A stretch of 64,000 nt of DNA, taken from Anthoceros angustus (taxonomy: Eukaryota > Plantae > Anthocerotophyta). The DNA is taken from positions 558,001 through 622,000 of the forward strand of contig MU008164.1 of the NCBI GenBank assembly GCA_010909165.1. The letters are read 5' to 3'. Numbering within the stretch: the first letter of the stretch is position 1; every line of letters starts with the position of its first letter. A program made the translations under genes and the position numbers. The notes beneath the pieces were generated by a model, which saw only the letters and a program-made list of their open reading frames with translations, was not told the origin of the DNA and made no database searches. Shown here one piece after another: positions 1-11,859 of this stretch.

Positions 1-1370
1 TAGTATTTTACATCATTACACAAAAGAAAGAATGAATAAGTCTCCACTGCTCACCTTTAGGGGTGATCTAGTATTTTATATTACTACACAAGATACCAGA
101 TTTATCTAATATTCATTTCACTACATAAATGTAGTGTCGGCTCCTAATACCCCGATTTATCTAATATTTATTTCACTACACAAATGTAGTGTCGGCTCCT
201 AAAAACCCCTCACGTTATTGCACATGTGTGTAAAGGTAGGACCTATCATTATCTCCTCAGTAATAATGGGTGGGTCCGCACCTCAGGAATTGATCAATCC
301 AGTCCCTCCTCATCCATATCCCATCTCCATGCATCCCATGTCACCCCTGCATGCACATGCGAGGCATACCAAAGGCGGGTCCATCCCATGCCTCTGCGAG
401 GCATCGAGTATGAGGCATCGAGTATCGCTGAAGGACGATGAGGGAAGCTTGGGGATGGACCCCGGATTTTGGCATGCCATGGACGGTGGATGCGAAGAAG
501 GCAATAGTGTGTGGTGGGCTCCATTCTTTGTACACACGCAAGTTAAGAGTATATTAACAAGAGGGTGGTACAAAAGAAAGCTGACCGGCTTGCGTGATGT
601 GACCAAGGTGAGCATCTATATCGCGTGATGCGGACCGATGTATTGTCTACAATCTCTAAATGGCTACGCTTATGGAGACTGACTCACACGTTGATGTCTT
701 AGATATCAACATGACAAGATGTTGGAACTTCAAGAATTGAAGAGTCGCTCTGCGTCAGTAATTCCTTACGCCTATGGCATCCCATAGCCGATCTTCAAGA
801 AAATTGAAGGAATGAGACTCACCGGCGGTGTCAACATCGCCCATCTCACCTTGTACTTGGCAGCAGTAGAGCGGGCCCCCGCCGTAAGGGTAGAGCTCCG
901 GTGCCACCCGCTTGGACTGCAACTCCTTTAGCAAGGGAGTGAATATGGCCCAGGCGGCATCTTTTCGTCGCCTCTGATGAAAAGGCGCCGCTCCCCTTCG
1001 ATGGCGTCCAACAACAGTCGGTTTAGAGTATGGTAATAAGAGTGAATAAGTCTTGCAAGTTAAGAGTATATTAACAAGAGGGTGGTACAAAAGAAAATGG
1101 TTTAGAGTATGGGAATAAAAGTGAATAAGTCTTTACTAGGTACTCATCTGTGGGGGTTATTTGATAACTTTTTATATCATTATATAAGAAAATTTATAAT
1201 ACTTTATCAAGAGGGAAGAATTCTTCATTACTCACCTTTAGCGTATAAGCTTAAAACGTGTTTACAAAAGTAAGTCTCACTACTTGATAATTCTCCATGA
1301 CTCAGCTTTTGGATTTTCGCTTAAAATGTGTTCATTAAAGTGAGTAAGTCTCTACTATTCGCCTTCATGT
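1..1370. repeat. Degenerate AT-rich repeat array interleaved with GC-richer unique segments
   Basis: Recurrent motifs GAATAAGTC/GTAAGTCTC and CTCACCTTTAG; ~55-bp tandem pair at ~99-202; exact 42-bp direct repeat GCAAGTTAAGAGTATATTAACAAGAGGGTGGTACAAAAGAAA at 538-579 and 1055-1096; ~32-bp repeat at 1021-1052 and 1100-1131. Confidence 0.75.
755..1020 (-). pseudogene. G6PD: Fragment of plastidic glucose-6-phosphate dehydrogenase (C-terminal part), frameshifted
   Basis: Manual minus-strand translation across small frameshifts gives [48 protein letters not shown]...[12 protein letters not shown], the C-terminus of plant plastidic G6PDH. It begins abruptly at 1020 against the AT-rich repeat. Confidence 0.85.
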
Positions 1371-1700
1371 GGGTTTAGGTCTGGAGCCCATGCCCAAATG
1401 GCTTAGGCCAAATGAACACACATTTATAAGAACGTCGTGAGTAAACATCCTGCGCTTAGATCAGTACTTAGATGGGGTGCCTAAAGGGAGTGGATGCCCT
1501 TGGTGCAAGTAGCTTAGGCACACCATGGTACAAGTTGTTAAGTACCAAGTCCCATGACGGAAATTCGTCCTTAGTGGACTTAAATAAAATTCTTCTTCTT
1601 CTTCTTCTTCATGTTGCCACTTTGTGTTGCATCATTCACGAGTGTCAACATGAACGCGGCCTTTTCATTATGGATTTTGGGAAAGAATGTGTGTATCTGC

Positions 1701-1830
1701 CTGTGGTTTAGATTCTCGCCTTTGTTTAATGCAGCAATACATTCTTAGTTTACTCTAAAGTGAATCTGTGGTTTAGATTCTCGCCTTTGTTTAATGCAGC
1801 AATACATTCTTAGTTTACTCTAAAGTGAAT
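1701..1830. repeat. Exact 65-bp tandem duplication
   Basis: CTGTGGTTTAGATTC...CTAAAGTGAAT at 1701-1765 and 1766-1830. Confidence 0.95.
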
Positions 1831-2850
1831 CAAAATGTGACGCTTTATCTTTTCTTTAGGTGTCTATATTATTAGCTTGAAATAATAAAAACAATCACAT
1901 AGTTGATGTTGTCAATTGTACCACACCACAAAGAAGTGGGACTTGCACAAAAAAAAAAAAAATTACATAGTCCAAGTGAAAGTTGTAAAGCAGATTGCGT
2001 AGATAGCTCGAAAATTCTCATCAATTACCTATTAGTAGGCTTCACAGTTGTGGAGAAAAATATTTAGTTTTGCTGACCTATTATCTAGAACTACATAGAT
2101 TTTGTAGGTCTATTATATAGAATAGAACACACAAATATACCATACAAATTATGTAGAGGAGTTTAGATTTTTTAATAAATACCTTACACAAAATAAAAGT
2201 ATATATATTATGCTTGTGTGACCTTCAAGGAGTCCATGAGCCTTAGATGTTCCCAAATTTGGGCATAGAATACAATTCAAATGGTGAGTAGAGATGAACA
2301 CTTATACAAATGATAGTTTTTAGAGTTTTTCTTCTAATAACATTACTAATTAGAAGAAAAAATCAACTGTTAATAAGGAGAGAATAGTTTATATTATATT
2401 ATCTATTTAATATTATATATAACAAGTATATATTTGAGTACTAATCATAGTACCTAATCATTCAAAACTCCCATGATATGAAGGATTCGATGCTCTTTCC
2501 TCGGTCATGAGGATTCTACAAGATGCTCGACGTACGTAGGAGCAAATCATATAAACCAGTTGTGATTGCACACACCGTTGGTTCACATAGAACCTCAGAC
2601 AAGTCCTGTAGCATTCGATCCCCGCATCGAGGGCAACTGCAGTGTGCCGTGCGGATGGACACCCAAGCCGAGACCGGGAACACGTAAATGGATGAAAAAA
2701 AGGGCGTTCTGTAACGATGTCGCAACTACAACAAGGCACGCACTGGACGGCACGGAAATTGTGACAGCGGAACCTCAGGGTATGGCGTCGCAGCGTGCCA
2801 GGAGCAGTCCGCCATCCCAGTCCTGGGTCCCCCCACAGGTTTGATCAGGC

Positions 2851-4693
2851 ATGAGCGGAGGCAGCAGCAGCGGCAGCAGCTCTGAGACTGAAAGCCAGCG
2901 ACCCGAGCTTCCGGAGTTCAATCCTGGGCCCGTTCCCCCTCTCCAGCCGGTGGATCGATTTGGGTTTGTGAAGGGTGCCAATGGCCTACCCAAATCCGCG
3001 TCTCAAGGGGAACGGGAAAGGTGATGTGTTTTAGACCTCTCTCTTGGCTTGCATCTTGAACAGAAATGGTTTGGGGGGGGAGGCAGTGCTGGATCTGAGA
3101 TGGTGCTGTCCCCGTTCTTGCTGCAGGGACGAGCGCAGGCTGAAGAAATGGCGGAAAATGATCGGCGTCGGTGGCGCCGATTGGAAGCAGTATGTGAGGA
3201 GGAACCCCAACGTGGTCAAGAGACGTATCAGGAAGGGCATTCCCGACTGCCTGCGGGGCCTCGTGTGGCAACTGATATCTGGGAGCCGGGACCTGCTTCT
3301 GTCTCATCAGGGTGTTTACGGGGTAACGTTGTTTGTTTGTTTGTTTGTTTGTTTCCATGGCCTGGTTGTTGTGGCTTGTTCTCTGAGTTGTTGTTGAGAC
3401 TACCACTGCTGCCTGCCTGCATGCAGCAATTGGTGCTGTATGAAAATTCTGTAGCAGAGCTGGATATCATACGGGACATATCGCGTACATTCCCCTCTCA
3501 TGTGTATTTCCAGCAGAGGCATGGGCCTGGGCAGCGGTCCCTGTACAACGTCCTCAAGGCGTATTCTGTGTATGATCCTGAAGTGGGCTATGTACAGGTA
3601 TTGTTTTCCCCAGAACGATGCCGTGGCTGGAGTGCAGGTTGTGTGGCTGTGCTGTGGTAGGTGCAACTTCTGAATATGTTGCTTGGCTTGGGATGAGAGG
3701 TTGAATCATTTCAGGGCATGGGATTCTTAGCAGGCTTGCTGCTGCTGTATATGAGTGAAGAAGATGCTTTCTGGCTGCTGGTGGCTCTGCTGAAAGGAGA
3801 AAAGAATGCGCCCATGAAGGGCCTGTATCTGGTAGGTATACTCCCGCACCCATCTTATCCAGGCAAATCTTACATACAAGCTCCCACACAGCCTCACTTT
3901 CACTGCTGTCACAGGTCGGGCTGCCTCTGGTGCAACAATATCTCTTCCAGTTTGAAAGACTGGTCCAGGAGCTGCTGCCCAGGTTGGGGGCCCATTTTGA
4001 GAGGGAAATGATCAATCCCAGCATGTATGCTAGCCAGTGGTTCATCACTGTCTTCTCCTACTCTTTTCCTTTCTCGCTGGCTCTGCGAATCTGGGACGTT
4101 TTTCTGCACGAGGTTGGTTGCTGTACTCTTCAACCCTCCTCATCACCGCTATTGTTCTGATGTGTCTGTAGTCTCTAGTGGTAATGGACGGACAATGTGG
4201 TTGAGGCAGGGTGTGAAGGTCATCTTCCGTGTGGGCTTGGCTCTACTCAAATACTGCCACGATGACCTGGTAGCTACCTTGTATGTCTCTATAGTACAAG
4301 GCTCCTCTTCGTAGCACCTGATGTGGCTGACCACCACTTCTGGGCAATTGGATGTCAGGTTCGGCTACCTTTCGAAAAGCTGGTGCAGAGATTGAAGAAT
4401 TTTCCGGAAGATGCATTACAACCAGATGTGCTGTTGCCCATGGCATACTCGATTAAGGTTGCCACCTTCGTCATGTCTCCTCCTTGTAGCGTGTCAATAT
4501 TCTTTTTCTTTGTTGTTAATTACTCTGCTTACCGCTGCAAGTGCCTGCTCAGGTTTCCAAGAGACTGGAAGAGCTGCTGCAAGAATATAATAGGCGAAAC
4601 AATCTCAATCCCACTGTGGGGAATGGAGGGAGTCTTCAAAAAGACTCTTCTCAAACACGAACGAATTCTTTGAAATGTCAAACCTCGTTTTAA
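2851..4693 (+). CDS. TBC-domain Rab GTPase-activating protein (EVI5-like / plant adhesion molecule 1-like), 8 exons
   Basis: Exons 2851-3020, 3127-3322, 3427-3597, 3715-3831, 3915-4112, 4210-4269, 4359-4457, 4553-4693, all GT-AG and joining in frame. Motifs [36 protein letters not shown] (arginine finger), GYVQGM (glutamine finger), [14 protein letters not shown]. Stop TAA at 4691-4693. Confidence 0.95.
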
Positions 4694-4852
4694 TTTAAAT
4701 ACTCTTCGGAATGCCTACTATGTCATGAACGGCAAAAATGTGTAACACGCGTGTTTGTAGACTAGTGCGAAGTAGTAATAAACAATTCAAGATCCTTGCA
4801 GGGATAGGGCAAGGAGGATTCTATGGTGATGACGTCAAACCCTAATATGAGC

Positions 4853-7615
4853 TTACTTCGGCTTGGTTTGGGCAGCAACCTCGGCAGCAAAATCCACTGT
4901 CTTCTTCTGGATGCCTTCGCCAAGCACGAACTTGATAAATCTCCTGACCTGAATGTTCTCGCCCAGGGCAGCAATCGTCTCCTTCACATGGTCCTTGACT
5001 AGCACCTTGTCGTTGCGTATGTAGGCCTGCTCGAGCAACGCCAGCTCTGCAAGGCGCTTGCTCACGCGGCCGTCCACAATCTTGCTGCGCACAGCCTCCG
5101 GCTTGCTGGCCAAGTCCTCCTTCTGCGACTCCACCTCCTTCTCCCGGGCCACGTATTCGGCAGGAATGTCCTCCAAGCTCACGTACTGTACCTGTGGGCA
5201 GGCCACCACCTGCATGGCCAGGTCCTGCACCAGCTCCTTGAACCGGTCGCCCCGGGCCACGAAATCCGTCTCGCAGTTCACCTCCAGCAGTACCCCGATG
5301 CGGCCGTCGTGGATGTACTTGCCAATGACGCCCTCGCCAGCCACTCTGCTGGCCTTCTTCTCCGCACTCGCGAGACCTTTCTTCCTCAAGTACTCGGTGG
5401 CCTTCTCCACGTCTCCCCCGCACGCAGCCAGAGCCTTCTTGCAGTCCATCATGCCTGCACCCGTAGCCTGCCGCAGCACCTTCACTGCAGCGGCGGGAAC
5501 AGCCACCTCCGGAGGTGATTCCGCGGGCTCTGCCGCTGCCTTGGCAGCCGGAGGAGGAACATCCTTCACTTCCTTAGGCTTGGTCTGCTCGGCGACGTCA
5601 GCTGCCAGATTAGCCACCTTCTTCTCGATGCCCTCGCCGAGATTGAACCTGTGGAACCTGCGCACCTGTAGATTCTCTCCCAGAGCAGCAATGGTCTCCT
5701 TGATGTGCTCCCGCACCAGCAACTTGTCGTTGCGGATGTAGGGCTGCTCCAGCAGAGCAACCTCCTTCAGGAGCTTGCTCACCCGGCCCTCCACAATCTT
5801 GCTGCGCACAGCCTCGGGTTTGCTGGCCAGGTCCTCCTTGGTGCTCTCGATTTGCCGCTCCCGCTCAGCAATCTCCGCAGGAATGTCCTCCACGCTTACA
5901 AACTGCACCTGCGGGTAGGCGGCCACCTGCATGGCCAGGTCCTGCACCAGCTCCTTGAACTTCTCCCCTCTGGCCACAAAATCCGTCTCCGAGTTCACCT
6001 CTATCAGCACGCCAATGCGGCCGTCGTGGATGTAGCTGCCGATGGCTCCCTCTGCAGCCACACGGCTGGCCTTCTTGTCTGCGCTAGCAAGCCCCTTCTT
6101 CCGGAGGTACTCCACCGCCTGTTCCAAGTTGTTGTTGCATGCCACCAGCGCTTTCTTGCAATCCATCATCCCCGCTCCAGAGATCTGCCGTAGTTCCTTC
6201 ACCAACGCCGGAGCCACCACCACCGCTGCTCCTGCTACTCCTCCAGCTCCAGCTGAAGCAACATCCTTCTTAGCCCCTGGCTCCCGCACAGGTTCAGGAC
6301 TGGACACAGATACTTCTGCAACGGGTGCTCGCACCTGCGCTACTGTTGTTTCATGAGCTACCGTTTCCTCCACCTCCGGGACCGACGCACTTTCTACCAC
6401 TGTGTCTACTGCAGACGAGGATGTCTCCTCAGCTACCGATAGAACCTCTACCACTGCATCTGCAATCCCCTCCTGAGAGGCAACCTCGTCCTCACTGTCC
6501 TCCGCAGCAACAGCATCTCCACCCTTCCCTTCCTCCTGCACCACGAAGTTGCTCTTCCTAAACGCCAGCTCAAACGGATTGGCAGCCCCGCCTTGCTCAT
6601 TGTTGTTGATGGACAAGTTGATCTGCTTCATATCCACCTCCACCTTCTGCGTCAGCGAGACCTTCCCTCGTCCATCAATCCGCTGCACACGAACACTAAG
6701 CTCTTGCCCGACAAGCGACTCCAGCACAGTGCCAGGGTTGCTCATGTCGGATGCGCGCAGAAAGCCCTCGTCACCGCCAGGGAGCGTAACAAAGGCTCCA
6801 GACTTGATCACGTTCTTCACAACTCCGGTGAGAGTCTGCCCCTTCTGCACCGACGGCTTCGAGCTGGAAGATGCGCTCTTGTTCGCACTGTTCCCGCGGC
6901 CTGCAATCTTTCTTCTCTCCGAAGGAGGACCCCGGGGCGCAGCAGCAGCATCACCTTCAGCAACATCCCCTTCGGATTCCGCATCAGCACTGGCCGGCGC
7001 GGGAACAGGCCGCATGGTCAGCGAGATGCGGCCGGCATTAAAATCCACATCCAGAATCCGCACACTCACCTGCTGCCCTACGGCAACCAAATCCTGCACC
7101 TGCGACACATACGAGTCACTGAGCTGCGAGATGTGCACCAGCCCGTCCGTGAAGGCCCCGATGTCCACAAACGCGCCATAGCTCGTCACCGTGCGCACGG
7201 TGCCGGGAAACAGAGCTCCCTCCTTGAGCTCCTCCGACTTCACAGACACTCGCCTTCCGGCATTCCCTCTCCTCCGCTGCTGCGGCTGCTGCTCCAATCC
7301 CTCCTCCAGCACAAACGGGGAAGCAGACGGAGATGCCTCCTCCTCCGCCACCGACACCTCTCCATCCACGGCCGTGGCTTGCAGCCTGAGCTTGGCTTGA
7401 TGCCGCGGCGCCTGCGCCTGCACAGCGCTGGAGCAGCAGGAGGTGGAGCTGGCGGCCAGGCGCAAGCGCGGGAGAGGAGCGGCAGGGCCGCAGGCCGCAG
7501 CGCAGGTGGTGGCGCTGCAGCCGGCGCCGGCGTTGGCATTGGCGCTTGAGCTGGGGAGCATCCATTTGGTGATGGAGGGCGTCCCCACGCCCAGCGCATG
7601 GGGCGAGGCGGCCAT
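4853..7615 (-). CDS. tsf: Chloroplast polyprotein of EF-Ts (PETs / EMB2726-like): transit peptide, two S1 domains, two EF-Ts modules
   Basis: Single ORF, first ATG at 7615 (MAASPH..., 920 aa). Ser/Ala-rich N-terminus; S1 motifs [29 protein letters not shown] and [15 protein letters not shown]; two copies of [15 protein letters not shown]...[12 protein letters not shown]...GENIQVRRF. Confidence 0.95.
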   Translation of the reverse strand: MAASPHALGVGTPSITKWMLPSSSANANAGAGCSATTCAAACGPAAPLPRLRLAASSTSCCSSAVQAQAPRHQAKLRLQATAVDGEVSVAEEEASPSASPFVLEEGLEQQPQQRRRGNAGRRVSVKSEELKEGALFPGTVRTVTSYGAFVDIGAFTDGLVHISQLSDSYVSQVQDLVAVGQQVSVRILDVDFNAGRISLTMRPVPAPASADAESEGDVAEGDAAAAPRGPPSERRKIAGRGNSANKSASSSSKPSVQKGQTLTGVVKNVIKSGAFVTLPGGDEGFLRASDMSNPGTVLESLVGQELSVRVQRIDGRGKVSLTQKVEVDMKQINLSINNNEQGGAANPFELAFRKSNFVVQEEGKGGDAVAAEDSEDEVASQEGIADAVVEVLSVAEETSSSAVDTVVESASVPEVEETVAHETTVAQVRAPVAEVSVSSPEPVREPGAKKDVASAGAGGVAGAAVVVAPALVKELRQISGAGMMDCKKALVACNNNLEQAVEYLRKKGLASADKKASRVAAEGAIGSYIHDGRIGVLIEVNSETDFVARGEKFKELVQDLAMQVAAYPQVQFVSVEDIPAEIAERERQIESTKEDLASKPEAVRSKIVEGRVSKLLKEVALLEQPYIRNDKLLVREHIKETIAALGENLQVRRFHRFNLGEGIEKKVANLAADVAEQTKPKEVKDVPPPAAKAAAEPAESPPEVAVPAAAVKVLRQATGAGMMDCKKALAACGGDVEKATEYLRKKGLASAEKKASRVAGEGVIGKYIHDGRIGVLLEVNCETDFVARGDRFKELVQDLAMQVVACPQVQYVSLEDIPAEYVAREKEVESQKEDLASKPEAVRSKIVDGRVSKRLAELALLEQAYIRNDKVLVKDHVKETIAALGENIQVRRFIKFVLGEGIQKKTVDFAAEVAAQTKPK

Positions 7616-8299
7616 GGCCTGAAGCCTTGAGAACGTCAATGCGCCACCTTCGCTTGCCGGCGAGCTCGCTGGCTGGTCGAAGAACAAGGTACCGTGCTAC
7701 GGCAGGCAAGGAAATGGAGGAGCAAGGGCTCTCTTGCTCCCGTTGGCCCCGCACAGCTCATGGTTGCAGCCGCTACACATCCTCCAAGCTCATCCGCACC
7801 GTATCAGTTTCTATCCTTTTGCGTCCCGGCCATGTCCATCACCTACATATTATGCGCGTTTCCACACAAGCATTCCAGACCTATGGAAATTTGGTTAAGA
7901 TGTACCCCATTAACTAGTGATTTTATTTTTTTATTTTTTTAACACATGGGAAGTCCCATGTGTATTGGGGAAACGAGGAACAACCATATCGCTCCCAAAG
8001 ATGTTGCAGTCTAGAATAAGGAAGGCATGCTAACCACCGGAGCTGAAGATGCTACGTTACCTGTGTTTAAAGCTGTCCTGAAAATTGTGTTTGCCAATGC
8101 CCTTTGCAGAGCAATGGATACTTGTTGTCAGAAGAAAGGCACCACACAAGACCTACCCTGTCTTTCTTGTGTGGTGCAAGAACAGGGTAGGCACCACACA
8201 AGACCTACCCTGTTCTTGCGGATGTAGTTTGCTTTAGCACAAGCCTTGATAAACCCAGAGAAGTCCTTGGCCATGGCCCCGTGAAGCTTTGGCATCCAC

Positions 8300-8545
8300 G
8301 CAAACATTCGGGCAAGGCATTCAGGCATTCAAACAAACATGATGGGGATTAAGGCAACCAATCAGGTGAACATTCAGGCATTCAAGCATTCAGACATTCA
8401 GGCATCCAATCATACATTCAGGCATTCAATTATACATTCAGGCATTCAGGCAAACATTCCGACAAAGCATTCGGGCATAGATCCTGCCAATCAAGCATTC
8501 ACTTTCAAACATTCAGGCTACCATCCTAGCAAGCATTCAGATTAG
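8300..8545 (+). repeat. Array of CATTCAGG/GCATTCA short repeats
   Basis: More than ten CATTC(A/G) motifs in ~240 bp. The reverse-complement motif (CCTGAATG/TGAATG) recurs at ~9435-9665. Confidence 0.75.
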
Positions 8546-8929
8546 ATTTTTTGTGGTCAGGCAGAACGCCAAACAGGCATAGGGTGCAACCTCCCACCTT
8601 TTTGCCTTTCACTCCTTGCATTTGTGCCATTTTGCGCCTCTCACGTGTAGGTGTCCTCCGCTGCTTCGGTTGCTGTGACCCTCCCTCCTCCAACACCATC
8701 TCCTTGTCCTCCCCACTCGCTGGCCATTCTTCGCTGATGCCCGACCTCCCATCGCCGCCAATTGCTGCCTCCACAGCCGAGTACAACCCTTCTCCTACAT
8801 CTAGCGCCCCAATATCCACCTCAAGATATTCAAATCCAAAGTTAAACACATCAGCCTCGGCCCCCAGCAGCGGTGCAGCCTCCTCTGGTTTAGCTTGCCT
8901 GTCCCACCCCCTGCCCTTAAGCCATCTTG

Positions 8930-9420
8930 TCCCCGCTGCCAACACCTCCCAACCTCGGCTCCTTGCATGTTGTCCCTCCCTCCCTTTGCTCATCGCTCTG
9001 CTCTTCCTGATCGCCTTCATCACCAACTTTTGGCTGCCGCTCGCAATTGTGGCGGCCCTCTCGATGATTCTAGGACCCACTTAGCTCACTGTCCAATACG
9101 TGGGCAGCACATTGCTACACATGACATAGTCCAAGACATCATGTCCTCATTGCCAGGTAGAGCGGATTCTTTCCTTTCAGGGACCGCTCATGTACTTTGT
9201 CTAATGGAGTTTCTCTTAGGGCTGACCTATATATGATTCGAGGGGACCAGGTCTCTGTTGCAGATGTGGTTTTAACAAACCCTACTCGGGATACCGTCTA
9301 CGAGCATGTCATCATCAACCCTCTGGGTTGGGCGACAGAAGGATGCGCTACAGCTAAGGTTCACAAGTACACCCCCATGCATGAAGGCCATGCTTTCACT
9401 CCCCTTGCTATTGAGACACA
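8930..9420 (+). mobile_element. 3' remnant of a non-LTR retrotransposon with CCHC-like zinc knuckle and restriction-like endonuclease (CRE-like clade)
   Basis: Two overlapping frames read NCGGPLDDSRTHLAHC...ATHDIVQD then LRADL...VADVVLTNP...G-A...AKVHKY...FTPLAIET, matching the zinc knuckle, RHD, R-D..D..K--KY and F-P-A-ET motif order of RLE-bearing LINEs. Confidence 0.7.
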
Positions 9421-10399
9421 GGCACCACCAATGTCCATGCCTGAATCTGCACCTTTATTCTCGTCATGTTTGTCTGAATGCTAGAAGGGAAGCATGAACA
9501 CCTGAAATGTCTGCCTGAATGTTTTCCTAAAAGCTTGAATGTGCACCCGAGTGCCTTACTATGGTACTTCCTTGAGGTGTTGAATGTTTGCCGTAATGTC
9601 ATTCTGAAAGCATGAAATGAGCCTGGAGTCTTGAATGCATGGAGGAGAAGGAGGCTGAATGGTCGGGGGTGGGCTTGCTATCGAAATGCAGGACTTGGTG
9701 GATGGGAATGTGTACACGGATAGCGAAGATGAGGAGAAAATGGCAACGGGTTGAAGGCCCAGGTGCACAGGGCATATCACCGGAGGGTGAAGGAGTTGGT
9801 GGACAAGCAGATGACCCTCATGACTCCCTGATCAGCATACTCCACGGTGCTGCAAGAGAAGCTCATAAGCGTAGCGTCTGCAGAGTTCCTAGCTAGAGAT
9901 CCAGGACATGGATTTAATCTGAGCCAAGTCCTCTCAGTGCTCCTACACGTGGAATCACGGCGTTGGGAAGAGGGTGATCGAGGGCGATAGCACAATTGGA
10001 GAAAGGCAGGAAGGAGAGGGCAAGAGGTCTCTGTCCGGAGAACGTGCATCCAAGGGCATGGAAGGAAGCAATTCGTGCAACCATGAAGCAGATGGAGGCA
10101 CACAAAGGGAAGTTGCCTCCTCCACAACAAATGGCGGCAACGCCGCGATGCGACTTCACTGCCTTTGCAGTTTTGAGGCCTTGGCCCAGCTTCGAGCCTC
10201 ACTTGATATAGATTTGGGACCCCTCCCTTAGGCTCTGACCTGGGCCATTTTCTAACTCCTAATCTCTACTCTTCTACTCCTCAATCTTCTCATCGTCATC
10301 CACATACTCATCTCATCTCAACTCATCATCCTCCTACTCTAACCTCACTTCAAGCTCACTGGCCCTAGCTCACCCTTACGGCGCAACTGCCTGAGGTCC

Positions 10400-11800
10400 G
10401 CCTACAAGCTAGTGAGTTCTTCCTTGGACTGGTTGCTATGAGTTTGCACTAGACAACGAGAATCTCTAGGGAGTCTTTCCTTGTAGCCGCCCCGCAAGCA
10501 AAGAGTTCCTTGGGCAACGCCACGCACCCAAAGCAAAGCAATTTCACAGCAACCATTCAAAGGGGAGCAACCTGTAGAGGCACGCGCAGGAGCAAGCCCT
10601 CCGCCAAGCACTCCGACCAAGCCATTTCCCCCCTCTACCAGATATTGCGTTAGCTCGCAGGTGCAACCTACACTGAGCAAGATACGCATGAGCTCCTTCC
10701 TACATCATCATGCATATGGAGACCCAACAGCCTCCTCTTGATGAGGCCTGCTGCCTCATTCTTCGCCTTGACAATCTTACAATGGAGAGTGGCCCTCAAC
10801 CTCTGGTATTGCATTTCCAAATCATCAAGCTCCTTAGGCCATTCTCCCTCCTCACACTTGCTCTTATAGGCATTTTGCTCCAACGTTAGCTCTCCCACAC
10901 GGATGTGGAGAGCTACATTCTCCTCTGTGGCACTCCTCACCTGCTGTGCCAACTTCTTCTAATAGAAGAAGTTTATGCTTATAGTATAAGCATAATCTAC
11001 ATGAAACCTCTTCTTCCGAATGACCAACATTCAGTGTAGTATCATCATCACCCCAATGATGGCATAAGAACTCCACAGTTAATCAGATTGCGGGCAGATC
11101 AATGCTGGGATGGGGAACCATCCTTTCAGAATCTTTTAGCTCGGTTGGGCAAATTTTTTCTGGTAAAATTCATCATAGTCGACTTGGGTGTGCCGATCTC
11201 CCTCATGTGTGGTCTTCATGGGAGACTCTCTAAAAAATACTGTCATACAGCCTGTCATACTATCATCCTTCTTTGGCTACCATGAAGGCTACCTCTAGCT
11301 TCCCCACCTTCTTGATGGCTTCTCGAGGTTGCTTCATGTAGTCTTCCCTCGTATCTATCATCTTCAATAATATAGCAGCCAACCTGTTTACCTGTTCCCG
11401 GCGGTCTTCGACCTCTTTTTGGGCTTGGCTGGCCTCCTTGGAAAGGGTCTTCAGCCTCCCTTCTAACTCTAACACCTTGGCCTCAACATCTCTTATATTC
11501 TCTTGCCTCTTAGCCTCCTTTTCCCGCGCTGCTGCCTCTTTGCAGCTGACCTGGCTTGCTCTCAACTCCCCTTGGTCCTCGGCCAAGGTACTTGCCACTC
11601 TTGTAGCCTCTCCCAGATCCAACTGGCTCAAATGCCCACAAATCCGGAGTACTTCTCCTAGCACCCCCAATTCAGGCCTCTCCATAACCTTTAGGGATAA
11701 CATCCACCACCATAGTTCAATAAGCCCTAGCTCCTCTTGGAGCCAACCTCCTCCTAGGCTCTCTCCTAGGCATCACCATAGTACGAACTGTTGCACTTAG
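10400..11800 (-). pseudogene. Degenerate coiled-coil ORF fragments, probably retrotransposon accessory sequence
   Basis: ORFs 11263-11703 and 10668-10952 are E/K/R/Q-rich with heptad character. No recognisable catalytic motif; TE context. Confidence 0.35.
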
Positions 11801-11859
11801 CCCAGCAATGGGGCCCTCTAAGTCCCATTGTGGCCGCACTTCCTCAGCGTAATTAGGCT

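Noticed and set aside
7616-7687. N-terminal extension of EF-Ts in the ORF track
   Set aside because: Starts at a non-ATG codon; the first ATG at 7615 has a good context and begins a transit-peptide-like sequence.
5058-7754. Long ORFs overlapping the EF-Ts gene on other frames or the opposite strand
   Set aside because: Shadow ORFs from GC-rich codon usage; no recognisable motifs.
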